A DNA stretch of 64,000 nt. It comes from Elusimicrobiota bacterium. Lineage in GTDB: Bacteria; Elusimicrobiota; Elusimicrobia; UBA1565; UBA9628. Position numbers and translations under genes: made by a program. Location of the stretch: positions 12,209 through 76,208 of the forward strand of contig JACRDN010000011.1 of the NCBI GenBank assembly GCA_016218575.1, given 5' to 3'. The notes under the pieces were generated by a model, which was not told the DNA's origin, did not search any database, and was given only the letters and a program-made list of their open reading frames with translations. Positions 1-9,330 of this stretch are shown one piece after another; position 1 is the stretch's first letter, and every line of letters starts with the position of its first letter.

Positions 1-664
1 GGAGCGTCGCGTGGTCCTTGCCGCCGTAAAAGTTGGCGATCATGCAGGCGACGAAGCACTCCTTTCCCGCCCCCAAGCGCTCGCGCCATTGGGCGCGGCC
101 CTCCCGGGGCGGCGCGAGCTCGATGCCGTTGCGTACGACGCTGACCTTCTCCGGGGCCACTCCCAGGCCCTTCGATAAGAACTCGGCGGCGTGGCTGGAA
201 TTGGAGATGAAGCGCGGGGTCCAGCGCAGGGCCACGGGCTCGAGCCGCGGCCTTTGCCCCTGGTGGGCCCCGTTGCGTTGGTTCCAAATGAAAAGCCGCG
301 CCCCGCTCCAGCGCCAGGCCAGGCCGCAAGCCACGTTGCTTTCGAGGAGATAGGCGAAGATGATGTCCGTCTTGGCCCACCGGATTCGCCAAGCCAGCTT
401 CACGGCGGCCGACAGATAGGAAAAGGTCTGCAGGTACGGCTGGCGGGTGAGCCCTAAATTCACGAAGCGCCAGGGGATGCCCTGCTCCCGGGCCGAGCGA
501 ACGGCAAGCCCCTCCTGCAGAATCGGAGGGGACCAGAACTCGACTTGCGCCCCGTAATCCGAGGCCAGGCGCCGGCCCAGGAGCAAAGCCTGCCTCTCCG
601 CCCCCCCGAGCTCCCCGTGGGCCATGACGAACACTATCTTCTTGCCGCGCAAGTCTGCGCTCAT
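1..664 (-). CDS. Glycosyltransferase family 4 (GT-B fold), N-terminal ~221 codons; 3' end lies beyond the window
   Basis: Absent from the ORF track because it has no stop inside the window. My manual reverse-strand translation from ATG 664-662 is stop-free to position 1: MSADLRGKKIVFVMAHGELGGAERQALLLGRRLASDYG...FISNSSHAAEFLSKGLGVAPEKVSVVRNGIEL...ECFVACMIANFYGGKDHATL. This is a typical GT4 N-domain plus the start of a Glycos_transf_1 domain. ATGA overlap with the stop of the upstream gene. Confidence 0.75.
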   Translation of the reverse strand, partial: MSADLRGKKIVFVMAHGELGGAERQALLLGRRLASDYGAQVEFWSPPILQEGLAVRSAREQGIPWRFVNLGLTRQPYLQTFSYLSAAVKLAWRIRWAKTDIIFAYLLESNVACGLAWRWSGARLFIWNQRNGAHQGQRPRLEPVALRWTPRFISNSSHAAEFLSKGLGVAPEKVSVVRNGIELAPPREGRAQWRERLGAGKECFVACMIANFYGGKDHATL

Positions 665-2541
665 GGCACCCTCTTGCGATCGCTGTCAAGCCACGCGTCC
701 AGGAAAAATAGGGCCCAGAGCATGGGGCTCAAATCGTGGGGAGCCCCGTGGCTTGAGATCACGGCCGAGACGGTCTTGGGCTCGAGGTACTCGTAAATCC
801 CCGAGCGCCCAGCCGCGAGCCGCGCCTCGAGCTCCGCGCGCAGAGCCCCGCCGGGCAGAAACCAGCGCGCCACCGGGGCCGTGAAGCCTTGTTTGGGGCG
901 ATTGATGAAGGAGTCCGGGAAGTGCCGCGCCAGCGCCCTCTTGAGCGGGAGCTTGCCCTCCCACGCGCCATCGGCGTTCCGGGTCATGACGAACTCGGGG
1001 GGGATGGCCGCGGCGAACTCAACAACCCGCAAATCAATCAGGGGGGTGCGCACTTCCAATCCGTGGATCATGCTCGCGACGTCCACCTTGGCCAAGATGT
1101 CGTTGGGAAGATAGGTCCGGTAGTCGAGGTAGCGGGCCCGGCTGATCGGGGGATAGCCGCGCGAGCGCTCAAAGGCAGCCTCGAAGGCGTCCCCCGGGCC
1201 GCCCGCCGCCCAACGATGTTCGGGCCTCCACAGGTTGCGCCGGACATGGGCGGGCAGGCATGATACCCTCTGCCGCCAACTCTCCAAGGTGGCCGGCCTC
1301 TCCTCGGCGTCGGGAGCGTAAACCGAGGAGAGCATTTTCTCGGCCATGGGCCGCAAAAGCCTTTTCCAAAGGGGTCGGCGGGGCTTGTCGGGGTAAACCC
1401 ATCTCATCCAAGACTTGTAGCTGGGATACCCTCCCAAGGCCTCGTCGCCGCCGTCCCCGGAAAGCACCATGGGGACAAATTGCCGGGCCAGGCGCGAGAC
1501 GTAAAAGGTCGGAATGGCCGAGCTGTCGGCGAAAGGCTCCCCGTAATGCTCGATGAGCCTGGGCAGGACGCTCAAGGAGTCGGGCTTGACCACTTCCACG
1601 TGGTGCTCGGTCTTCCAGCGCCGGGAGGCCTCTTGCGCGTAGGCGAGCTCGTCGCACTCCGACTCCTCAAAACCAATGGAGAAGGTGTGCACCGGTGCCG
1701 CAAGCTCCCGGGCCATGAGCCCTACCACGAAAGAGGAGTCGAGGCCCCCCGATAGGAAGGCCCCGAAAGGCACGTCCGAGACCAGGTGAGCCTTCACCGA
1801 ATCGCGCGCCGCGGCCTCCAGGCCCTCGGCCCATTCATCCAAGGAAAGACCGGAGCGGGGCTTGAACTCCAAGGACCAGTACTCCCTCGGCCCCAAGCTC
1901 GAGCCGTCGAAGCCGACGGTCAAGCGATGCGCCGGGGGAAGCTTGGCCACCCCCCGGTAAATGGTCCGCGGGGCCGGAATGTAGCCCACCGACAAATACT
2001 GATCCAAGGCCTCGAGGTCGAGCTCCCTTGGAAAATCCTCGAGCAGCCTCAGGGCCTGCAGTTCCGAGGCGAAGGCCAGGCGGCCTTTGTTGATTGTGTA
2101 ATAGAGGGGCTTGATGCCGAAATGGTCGCGGGCGAGGAAAACCGTCTTGCGCCGCCAATCCGCCAGGGCAAAGGCGAACATGCCCCTAAAACGCTCGACG
2201 CAGGCCTCCCCCCATTGCTCCCAGCCGTGCACGATAACCTCGGTGTCGGACTGGGTCCTGAAAACGTGACCTCGGACCTCGAGCTCCGCTCGGAGCTCCT
2301 TGAAGTTGTATATCTCTCCGTTGAACGTCACGCCCACCTGGCCGTCCTCGTTGAACATGGGCTGCCTGCCCGTCTCGAGGTCGATGATGGAAAGGCGCCT
2401 GTGCCCGAGCCCCACCGGTCCACGCCTCTCCAGGCCCTGCCCGTCCGGGCCGCGGTGGGCCAGGCGCTTGACCATGGGCAGGAGAACCCCCTCGCCCACG
2501 GGCCTGCCGTCAAAGTTGATGATGCCGGCTATCCCGCACAT
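661..2541 (-). CDS. Asparagine synthase (glutamine-hydrolysing) family amidotransferase, AsnB-like
   Basis: Track ORF 661..3015 trimmed to the in-frame ATG at 2541, which gives the obligatory MCGIAG N-terminus (Cys2 nucleophile). SGGLDSS PP-loop motif present; 626 aa. The upstream 158 codons are Arg/Pro/Gly-rich read-through overlapping the GT2 gene. Confidence 0.9.
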   Translation of the reverse strand: MCGIAGIINFDGRPVGEGVLLPMVKRLAHRGPDGQGLERRGPVGLGHRRLSIIDLETGRQPMFNEDGQVGVTFNGEIYNFKELRAELEVRGHVFRTQSDTEVIVHGWEQWGEACVERFRGMFAFALADWRRKTVFLARDHFGIKPLYYTINKGRLAFASELQALRLLEDFPRELDLEALDQYLSVGYIPAPRTIYRGVAKLPPAHRLTVGFDGSSLGPREYWSLEFKPRSGLSLDEWAEGLEAAARDSVKAHLVSDVPFGAFLSGGLDSSFVVGLMARELAAPVHTFSIGFEESECDELAYAQEASRRWKTEHHVEVVKPDSLSVLPRLIEHYGEPFADSSAIPTFYVSRLARQFVPMVLSGDGGDEALGGYPSYKSWMRWVYPDKPRRPLWKRLLRPMAEKMLSSVYAPDAEERPATLESWRQRVSCLPAHVRRNLWRPEHRWAAGGPGDAFEAAFERSRGYPPISRARYLDYRTYLPNDILAKVDVASMIHGLEVRTPLIDLRVVEFAAAIPPEFVMTRNADGAWEGKLPLKRALARHFPDSFINRPKQGFTAPVARWFLPGGALRAELEARLAAGRSGIYEYLEPKTVSAVISSHGAPHDLSPMLWALFFLDAWLDSDRKRVP

Positions 2542-2549
2542 ATCTGGCG

Positions 2550-3581
2550 TCACTCCTCTCGGTGCCTGGCACCGCTGTAGCAGGAAATATCTCCGCCATA
2601 GGCGGACAGCTCTCTCTCCATCCCGCGGAACTTGAAGCGGTACCATCCGGCCAAAAAATCGTCGAACAATTTCCCCAGCCGCTCCCCGGCGCGGCCCCAG
2701 CGCGATATCGCGGCCCGGATTCTTTTGCGCCTCGGACGGGGGAACAGCCCGAGGGAGTCCCGATAGTCCCGGATCACCATGGCGCGGTAATCCCTCTCCC
2801 AGCGGGCGACGTGGCCCTCGGGAAAGCGCTCCTTGAACTCCGGGGAGCGCATGAGCCAGGCGGCCCGGGCCCCGATGTCGAGCAAATGCCTGGGATCGCG
2901 GCGCGCCGAATGAGCGAGGCTTCCAGGGAGGAGCCTCCAATGCATGAGCACCTGGGGGATATAGCAAGCTCCGTGCTTCAAGGCGATGGCCCTCATCGCG
3001 AAGGTGTCCGACCAAGAGCCGAGCTCCGGTCTAAATCCCCCGACCTCGAGCAGGGCCTCGCGCTTGAACACCGCGGCGCAGGCGAGTGAATGGGTGGCGA
3101 GCTCTACGTCCAGGCATTCCTTTAAGAATGTCTGGGGATCAGCGAAAATTTCCTGCTGCCAGAGGCGCACCCCCAGTTCGCCCCCTTCGATGATCTTGCC
3201 GTTAGGATCCATGGCCTGATATTTCCCGAACACGATCCCGGCCTGCGGATGCCTCGCCGCGGACGCCATCGCCCTCTCGAAAAGGCCGGGGGCGATCCGG
3301 TCGTCGCAGGCCGGGCCGTATATGTAGTCCCCCCGAGCCATCTCCAAAAGCCTGTTGCCGTTGACGGTGGTCCCTTGATTGCGCGGGTTCTGGATGAATC
3401 GGATCAGCGGATTTCTCGCGGCGAATTCCCGTATGATCCGCGCGCTGTCGTCCTTGGAGGCGTCGTCGATGATGATGATTTCAAGAGGCTGGAAGGATTG
3501 CTCCAGCACCGCCCGCAAGGCCTCCGGCAAGTAGCGGGAATGGTTGAAATTGGACATGAGCACCGAGAGAGTCAAAGGCAT
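2550..3581 (-). CDS. Glycosyltransferase family 2
   Basis: Track ORF 2550..3737 trimmed to ATG 3581 (MPLTLSVLMSNFNHSRYLPEALRAVLEQSFQPLEIIIIDDASKDDS, the classic GT2 N-terminus with a DDxS/D motif). The trimmed start sits 3 nt after the stop of the WbuC gene. Confidence 0.85.
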   Translation of the reverse strand: MPLTLSVLMSNFNHSRYLPEALRAVLEQSFQPLEIIIIDDASKDDSARIIREFAARNPLIRFIQNPRNQGTTVNGNRLLEMARGDYIYGPACDDRIAPGLFERAMASAARHPQAGIVFGKYQAMDPNGKIIEGGELGVRLWQQEIFADPQTFLKECLDVELATHSLACAAVFKREALLEVGGFRPELGSWSDTFAMRAIALKHGACYIPQVLMHWRLLPGSLAHSARRDPRHLLDIGARAAWLMRSPEFKERFPEGHVARWERDYRAMVIRDYRDSLGLFPRPRRKRIRAAISRWGRAGERLGKLFDDFLAGWYRFKFRGMERELSAYGGDISCYSGARHREE

Positions 3582-3583
3582 GT

Positions 3584-4072
3584 TCAAGCTCTTAGGCTCG
3601 CCAGGAACCGAGCGATCTCGGCAGGGCTCGATGAGTCCGGCCCCCAGGAGGCGAACTCCGTTCCCTCCTTGACGTAGGGCCCCTCGAGCACCTCGGTGTA
3701 GACGGCTGAATCGGAAAGGGGCTCTATGACGTGCCAATAGTCGCTTAAGAACCGGCAGACGCAGGGCTTGCCGCTGGCGGGGTCCCCCAGCTCGGTTTTC
3801 GAGAGCAGCCTTCCGTCCTCGTCAAAAATCGCCCACAAGAGCTCTCCTTCGATCACTTGGTAGAATTTGCTTTTCCCCTTCTGCCGGTGGGGGCCCACGT
3901 AGGAGCCCCGAGCCACGGCGATGATCATCACTTGGACCTTGTCGTCGTGGCTTTTATGCAGGCAAAAACGGGCCCGCTTGAGAGCCTCCCGGCCGGCCTC
4001 CTGCTTGAGCCGGGACAATTCCTCCGGGGTCACGGCCGCGAATTCGCGGTTGAAGTAGATCGCTTTCGACAT
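3584..4072 (-). CDS. wbuC: WbuC-family cupin-fold protein
   Basis: 162 aa. The pattern LKRARFCLHKSHDDKVQVMIIAVARGSYVGPHRQ...EGELLWAIFDEDG...WHVIEPLSDSAVYTEVLEGPY matches WbuC cupins found in amino-sugar O-antigen clusters. Confidence 0.7.
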   Translation of the reverse strand: MSKAIYFNREFAAVTPEELSRLKQEAGREALKRARFCLHKSHDDKVQVMIIAVARGSYVGPHRQKGKSKFYQVIEGELLWAIFDEDGRLLSKTELGDPASGKPCVCRFLSDYWHVIEPLSDSAVYTEVLEGPYVKEGTEFASWGPDSSSPAEIARFLASLRA

Positions 4073-4083
4073 GGCTTAGGGCC

Positions 4084-5190
4084 TTAGTCCGCTCCCTCGA
4101 AAAAACGGTCTATCAAGCCGCAGACTCGCGACACATCCGATCGGCTCAATTTTTCATGGGCGGGAAGGCAGAGAAGCCGGCCCGCCAGGCGCTTGGCGTT
4201 TGGAAATTCGCCTTTGGCTCCTCTCCGATAGGCCGGCTGCTCTGGCATCAAGTAGGGATCGCGGACCCTGGCCTCGACCCCGCGCGCCTCCAGGAAGGCC
4301 TTGAGCCTGTCGCGCTCCGGCGTCCGGATGGTGTAGGTATAATAGCAGTCTTGCTCTTTGGAAGACTGCCTGGGAGTGCCTACCTTGCCTTTCAGTCTCT
4401 CATCATACCAGGCCGCGATTTTCCTGCGCTTGGCGATGATCGCGTCCACGTCCCCGAGACGGGCCAGGAGGAGCGCCGCCTGCAAAGTATCCAGGCGTCC
4501 GTTGAGGCTGGGCTCCAGGCAAGTCTCGCGGTTGACCATGCCGTTGTAGCGCAGGACCCCCAGGCGCTCAGCTATATCGGCGCGGTCCGTGAGCACTATT
4601 CCGGCCTCCCCGCAGGCCGCGAAGACCTTCATGGGATTTAAGCTAAAGCAAGCCGCGTCCCCGAAAGACCCTGCGGGGCGGCCCCCTCGGCGGGCCCCGA
4701 AGGCCTGTGAGGCGTCCTCTATGAGCGCGAGCCCCCTGGCCCTGGCGATGCGAGAGAGATCCTCCATGGCGCAGATCTTCCCCGTGTAATGAACCGGCAT
4801 GAGGACCTTGGTCCTGGGGGTGATCAACCGCTCCGCGCTGGAGGGTGAGATGTTGAGATCATCCCCGATGTCCGCGAAAACGGGGCGGGCTCCGGCCATG
4901 GCCACCGCGTTGGCCGTGGCGATCCAGGAAAGGGCGGGAATGATCACCTCGTCGCCGGGGCCGACCCCGAAGGTCTTGAGGGTGAAGAGCAGGGCGTCGG
5001 TTCCGGATGAGACCCCGACCGCGAATTTGCGGCCGCAGCGGGCCGCCACGCGCTTTTCCAGCTCCGCGACCTCCGGTCCCAGCAGGAAAACGCCGTGCCG
5101 GAACACCCGGGAAACGGCCTCCAGGAGCCGTTTGCGGGCGCGAGGGTCCTGAATCCTTAAATCCATGAAGCGGATGGTCTTGCGCGGCAT
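4084..5190 (-). CDS. DegT/DnrJ/EryC1/StrS-family PLP-dependent sugar aminotransferase
   Basis: 368 aa. IRFMDLRIQ start, GPEVAELEKRVA, SSGTDALLF, FGDAACFSLNPMKV (Schiff-base Lys region). Confidence 0.85.
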   Translation of the reverse strand: MPRKTIRFMDLRIQDPRARKRLLEAVSRVFRHGVFLLGPEVAELEKRVAARCGRKFAVGVSSGTDALLFTLKTFGVGPGDEVIIPALSWIATANAVAMAGARPVFADIGDDLNISPSSAERLITPRTKVLMPVHYTGKICAMEDLSRIARARGLALIEDASQAFGARRGGRPAGSFGDAACFSLNPMKVFAACGEAGIVLTDRADIAERLGVLRYNGMVNRETCLEPSLNGRLDTLQAALLLARLGDVDAIIAKRRKIAAWYDERLKGKVGTPRQSSKEQDCYYTYTIRTPERDRLKAFLEARGVEARVRDPYLMPEQPAYRRGAKGEFPNAKRLAGRLLCLPAHEKLSRSDVSRVCGLIDRFFEGAD

Positions 5191-5192
5191 GG

Positions 5193-6254
5193 CTAAAGCT
5201 TAACCCTGTCCAAATCGCCGTCTCCCTTGGTGATGTACCACCGGCCAAAATCCGCGTCTCTTGCATTGCGGTGAGGCGGGGCGTCGATAGCGGAGACGAT
5301 TTCATCGGCCCGATGAAGGGGACGGAACAAGTAAGGAATGGGCCTCCCCCGAAAAGAATCCCTTCCCATGAAGCCCAAGTCCTCCAATCGCCCTCCGACC
5401 TCCCCTGAAAAGCAAAAAAAATCCAGGATCACGGCATTCTCCCGGCGGCCATCCTCAAGGATAGCCGACAAAGCGTTTTTTCGCCACTCATCCCAGGCCC
5501 ACCACTCCAGGATACGGATCGCGCTTTCCCGGCGCCCCGTGATCGTCTCGACGCGGTAGACGGCGAACTGCCCGCCCGCTCCGCGAAGCATTCGGTAGGA
5601 ATGCCTAGGGATGTCCGCGTACCTCCAGTTGAGGAAACGCCCGGTCCGTCTCACCCAGCCGTCCACGGTTTTGAAGCCCCGAGGCAAGAACTCCTCTTCA
5701 TCGGCGAAGCGCCCGACCCGATCCACCAATCCCCCGGACGCCGACAGGGAGCCCAAGCGCCGGGCGCTCTCCCTCAAGGCTCGTTTGTCCGCGCCGTCGC
5801 GGATTTCGAAAAGCTCGGCGGCCTTCTCGGCGTCCAAGACCCCGACCCAGCGTGGGAAGCAGTCCAGGATCGGTATTTTTAAAGCCTCGTAGATCCGCGC
5901 GGCCTCTTGGGTGATCCCCAGCATGAAGCGGCAGTCGTGACCCTCCATGACCTTGGATAGAAGGCCCAAAGCCGCGCCGTCTCGGTTCAGGCTGTGCCAA
6001 TTCATGAGCCAACAGCCCCCATGGACCACGCCGCCGTGGCGCACCTCGAGGGGAACGTAGCCCAGGAAGCTCGAGATGTCCCCGTTCTTCCTCTGGACCC
6101 ATAGGGTGTAGTCCCCCTCCGCGTTGAAGGGCGAGTTCCGAAATTGCCACTCGAAGTAGTCCCGCTCCTGCAGCCGGGGATTGTGGGCGTAGATCCCCTT
6201 GAACAATTCCATCAGGGGGGCGACGTCCCCCTCCCGGCACCTTTCAATGCTCAA
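5193..6254 (-). CDS. Hypothetical protein, possibly a GNAT/FemAB-like acyltransferase
   Basis: 353-aa ORF packed between neighbours with 2-nt gaps. The composition looks like a real protein. The GNAT-like assignment is only a weak impression from its position next to the aminotransferase and from N-terminal features. Confidence 0.4.
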   Translation of the reverse strand: MSIERCREGDVAPLMELFKGIYAHNPRLQERDYFEWQFRNSPFNAEGDYTLWVQRKNGDISSFLGYVPLEVRHGGVVHGGCWLMNWHSLNRDGAALGLLSKVMEGHDCRFMLGITQEAARIYEALKIPILDCFPRWVGVLDAEKAAELFEIRDGADKRALRESARRLGSLSASGGLVDRVGRFADEEEFLPRGFKTVDGWVRRTGRFLNWRYADIPRHSYRMLRGAGGQFAVYRVETITGRRESAIRILEWWAWDEWRKNALSAILEDGRRENAVILDFFCFSGEVGGRLEDLGFMGRDSFRGRPIPYLFRPLHRADEIVSAIDAPPHRNARDADFGRWYITKGDGDLDRVKL

Positions 6255-6256
6255 GC

Positions 6257-6492
6257 CTAACCCCGCCCCAGCGCCTTGTACACCGAGACCTCGGTGGTGC
6301 CGTATTTCTGAAGGAAGACGACGCCGGGAAACAGCGCTCTCATCTTGTCGAGAGTGGCCTGGGGCATGGCCTCCCCGAGCCCGCCTTCTGCATGAGCTTG
6401 TCCGCCTCCCAGAAAAACAGGAACGTCCCGACCACGTTCGTGGCCAGGATTTTCTGGGCCGAGCTCACCGGCGTCAGGACGACATGGTTCAT
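6257..6492 (-). pseudogene. Short frameshifted fragment resembling the core of an AMP-dependent synthetase/ligase (adenylation domain)
   Basis: Two adjacent frames read MNHVVLTPVSSAQKILATNVVGTFLFFWEADKLMQKAG and, after a 1-nt shift near 6385, GLGEAMPQATLDKMRALFPGVVFLQKYGTTE. The latter resembles the GGEALp...l...fpg..l.n.YG.TE block of adenylating enzymes. Only about 80 codons are present, versus about 500 in intact family members. Confidence 0.4.
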
Positions 6493-6503
6493 GGACGCGA
6501 TCC

Positions 6504-7169
6504 TTAATCAAAGGTGACGAACGAATGATCCCCGCTGTATCCGCATTGCTTGAAAATCCACTCCCATTCGCGGGGAGTGTGAAAGGCCCTGCAAGTCAAC
6601 TGCCAATAAAGCAGGTTGGCCTTCTGCCTTTCATTCTCGTAGGTTTCCACCACGATGTATTTCTTGTCCTTGCCGACTCTTTCGATCTCCTTGAGGGCCT
6701 TGCAGAGCGCGTAATTATACAGGTTATGCAGCGTATTGATGGACAGAACGAGGTCGAAGGATGCGTCCTCGTAGGGTAGTTGGGCCGCGTCGCCCTGGCG
6801 CAGGAAGGGCTTGACCTCCTCCTTGGCGTGTTCGATGGCATACGGGGAAACGTCGAGGCCGGCCACCTCCACCCCCGGCGCGGCCTGAGTTAATTCGTAG
6901 AGGAGGAAGGCCTTGCCGCAGCCGACGTCCAGGATCCTGTCCCCGCGCTTGAGCCCGTAATGCCGGGCCATCTGCGCTGCAACCGCCCTCCATCGCCCAT
7001 CGTAGCGGAATCCCCCGTAACCGTAGCGCCGGTCCCCGTCCCAATACTCGTAACCGTAGCGCAGGGCCACCTCGGCGCACTCGGCCTTGTCGCAGGACGT
7101 GGCGCGCTCCAGGTAATTGCGCTTGGTCGCCGTATGAATCTTGCCGATGAAATCGATGAGAGCCATCAT
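6504..7169 (-). CDS. Class I SAM-dependent methyltransferase
   Basis: 221 aa. RILDVGCGKAFLLYEL (motif I), AGLDVSPYAIEHAKE, FDLVLSINTLHNL. Confidence 0.85.
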   Translation of the reverse strand: MMALIDFIGKIHTATKRNYLERATSCDKAECAEVALRYGYEYWDGDRRYGYGGFRYDGRWRAVAAQMARHYGLKRGDRILDVGCGKAFLLYELTQAAPGVEVAGLDVSPYAIEHAKEEVKPFLRQGDAAQLPYEDASFDLVLSINTLHNLYNYALCKALKEIERVGKDKKYIVVETYENERQKANLLYWQLTCRAFHTPREWEWIFKQCGYSGDHSFVTFD

Positions 7170-7184
7170 TCCCCCTTTAGGGCC

Positions 7185-8051
7185 TTAATCCCACGGCATT
7201 CGATCCTTCCTCGAAACGTAGAGGGACCCCTCTTTATATGAATCCGGCATGTCGTCCCGGCGCTTAACGGGCCGCCAATTGGTCTTTTGAGAGAACATAT
7301 TGACGCGCAGCCGGCTCAAATGCCCGAAAACGGCGCCCGCGTTGGCGGGGCTTTGAACCTCCATGAGGACGTCCGTATTGGCCCAATGCTCCTCCTGGGT
7401 CGACAGAATCAGCTCTTTCTCATGCCCCTCCACGTCCATTTTGACGAGATCATGCGACAGCATCAGAGGAAGAAAAGCCTCCAGGCGCACGGCAAAGCGC
7501 TCAAGCTCTCCGTAAGGCTTCTCTTTGGAGCCCGCGATATGGCTGCTCGTCGTGTTTCCAAGGACTCGAATGAATTCTCCCGTTCCCTCCCTCGCGGAAA
7601 CGGCCGCTTGGATGGGCTTGACGCGGCCGCAGGAGTTAAGCCCGAGATTGCGGCGCAACAACTCGAAATGCGCCGGGTCCGGCTCGTAAGCCGAAACCGC
7701 GTAGCCGCATTTGTCCATAATGATGGAATGCAGGCCGATATTGGCCCCGAGATCGAGCGCCCTTTTATACCGGCCGCGATTGACCCAGTAGAAGCTGAAG
7801 AGAACCCATTCGTCCAGCCCCATGATGTCGACCGAGTCAATGGCTCCCATGCGGCAATAGGGGAGGATCAGGCTGCCAAGGGGAGGCAAAGCCACGGCCT
7901 CCCCTTGGGGCCGGGAGAACAGCCTGCGCGCCTCCCGGCGAGCCCATTTCTCCAAAAGGCCGTAAATTCGGCTGTCCTTGGCGTGATGCCGGTGAATCTC
8001 GGGCAAGGCCTCCAGAAGACTCCCCAGCAGGGGCTCAGGGTTTATGCTCAT
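7185..8051 (-). CDS. FkbM-family methyltransferase
   Basis: ALDLGANIGLHSIIMDKCGYAVSAYEPDPAHFELLRRNLGLN is the FkbM signature. The start was moved from the TTG at 8072 to ATG 8051, which is preceded by GGAGGAGG. Confidence 0.8.
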   Translation of the reverse strand: MSINPEPLLGSLLEALPEIHRHHAKDSRIYGLLEKWARREARRLFSRPQGEAVALPPLGSLILPYCRMGAIDSVDIMGLDEWVLFSFYWVNRGRYKRALDLGANIGLHSIIMDKCGYAVSAYEPDPAHFELLRRNLGLNSCGRVKPIQAAVSAREGTGEFIRVLGNTTSSHIAGSKEKPYGELERFAVRLEAFLPLMLSHDLVKMDVEGHEKELILSTQEEHWANTDVLMEVQSPANAGAVFGHLSRLRVNMFSQKTNWRPVKRRDDMPDSYKEGSLYVSRKDRMPWD

Positions 8052-9330
8052 GGCCTCCTCCGCGGGACGCAAGCATTCTTGCGGCCAAGGCTTGCGCGAC
8101 GGTTTGCGCCAAGAGGCGGTTTCCCGCGGCGGTCATATGAGCGTCCAGCAAGAAGTACAGCGGTTCCTTGGTTATTTTCGCCTCCTCTCTAAAACGGCTC
8201 AAAGGATCGATGCAGAATAAGCCGTTTTCCCTGCAAAAATCCAGGACGAGATCCGTGACGACCCGGGAGCTCAGCAGTTTCCGATCCATGGCCAGGCCCA
8301 GCCGCTCGAAGGAGGCAATTCCCCTTGGATCCGCCTGCATGTATTGGGGGATGACCAGGATCATGAGCTCCGCCCCATTGCGGGCGGCGGCTTTCTTGGT
8401 CTCAAGAAGGATTTCCCGGCAAAGCTCCCATTCGCCTTGCATGGCCCGGCGGGTCTCGGGCCTCAAGAAATGGGCGTCCAAAAAACCGTAGGGGGCAAAA
8501 ATGGCCTCCATCAATCTCCAGGGGTTGACGGTCCAGTGAAGCCCCTTCTCGATCCAGCCGCTCCGCTTGAGAGCCTCGTATCTTCTCAAGGCGTCTTGGG
8601 GGTCGTCCGATTCCTTTATGGCTCGGGCCATGGCCTCGGAACGCAGAGGATTGGCCTCCTCGGACAAGAAAGAGGCCGGCTCCTTGCTTGCCCGCCGGAG
8701 CCTCTCGCTCATCGGCTGCAGGAGTCGGCGGCTGACGAACCGGGCCAGGAAAAACCGGTGCAGGAAGTGGTGCTCCTTTTCGCGCCAGTAAGCCTTGGCT
8801 ATGGTGCGCCGCGCCAGCTCCTGGGTTTGCCGGGCGTCGCGCGCCTGGACTCGGCCTGAAATCGGGCAGTCGTTTCCCGGCAGGAATCCCAGGAGCACGA
8901 TGTCGGGGTTGAGGCTGCCCGCGTGCCACACATGCCGCAGATAGTCTTCCGGAGAAGCCCCCGGCTTGCCCAAGTTCACGATCTCGACATTGGACAAGCC
9001 GTATTTTTTTCCTAGAAGGTCCTGCGCCGCGCTCGGCCAGACCCGCTCCCTCTCGACTCCCCAGCCGAAGGTGGTCGAATCCCCCACGGCCGCGACGCGG
9101 ATCTTCCCGGGATGGGCGGGATCCACGTAGCCCGGCTCGCGCAAGCCCTGGGCATTGGTCCTAAACCACATATCAAATTCCTCGGTCCGCAGCCTCATCT
9201 TGGCGTTCCTGGCGTTGAGCTCCCAGGAGTCCTCCGGCTCCCAATGACACCTGGAGCCTGCAATTTCAATAAGGCCCAAAGACAAAACCAGGCTTGCGGC
9301 GAACAGAGCCAACTCCCTAGTTTTATTCAT
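8035..9330 (-). CDS. Membrane-anchored SGNH/GDSL-family hydrolase or acyl-esterase
   Basis: 431 aa. N-terminal TM segment LALFAASLVLSLGLIEIAG. Block I is VAAVGDSTTFGWGV. ATGA overlap with the upstream gene. Confidence 0.7.
   Translation of the reverse strand: MNKTRELALFAASLVLSLGLIEIAGSRCHWEPEDSWELNARNAKMRLRTEEFDMWFRTNAQGLREPGYVDPAHPGKIRVAAVGDSTTFGWGVERERVWPSAAQDLLGKKYGLSNVEIVNLGKPGASPEDYLRHVWHAGSLNPDIVLLGFLPGNDCPISGRVQARDARQTQELARRTIAKAYWREKEHHFLHRFFLARFVSRRLLQPMSERLRRASKEPASFLSEEANPLRSEAMARAIKESDDPQDALRRYEALKRSGWIEKGLHWTVNPWRLMEAIFAPYGFLDAHFLRPETRRAMQGEWELCREILLETKKAAARNGAELMILVIPQYMQADPRGIASFERLGLAMDRKLLSSRVVTDLVLDFCRENGLFCIDPLSRFREEAKITKEPLYFLLDAHMTAAGNRLLAQTVAQALAARMLASRGGGHEHKP

Noticed and set aside
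2542-3015. Long N-terminal extensions offered by the ORF track (for example 661..3015, 19226..21301, 43179..44975, 33509..35038, 35641..37185, 36980..37768)
   Set aside because: The extensions overlap the upstream gene and are low-complexity Arg/Pro/Gly. In each case an internal start reproduces the canonical family N-terminus ([60 protein letters not shown]...) and creates an ATGA/GTGA-type junction with the preceding stop.
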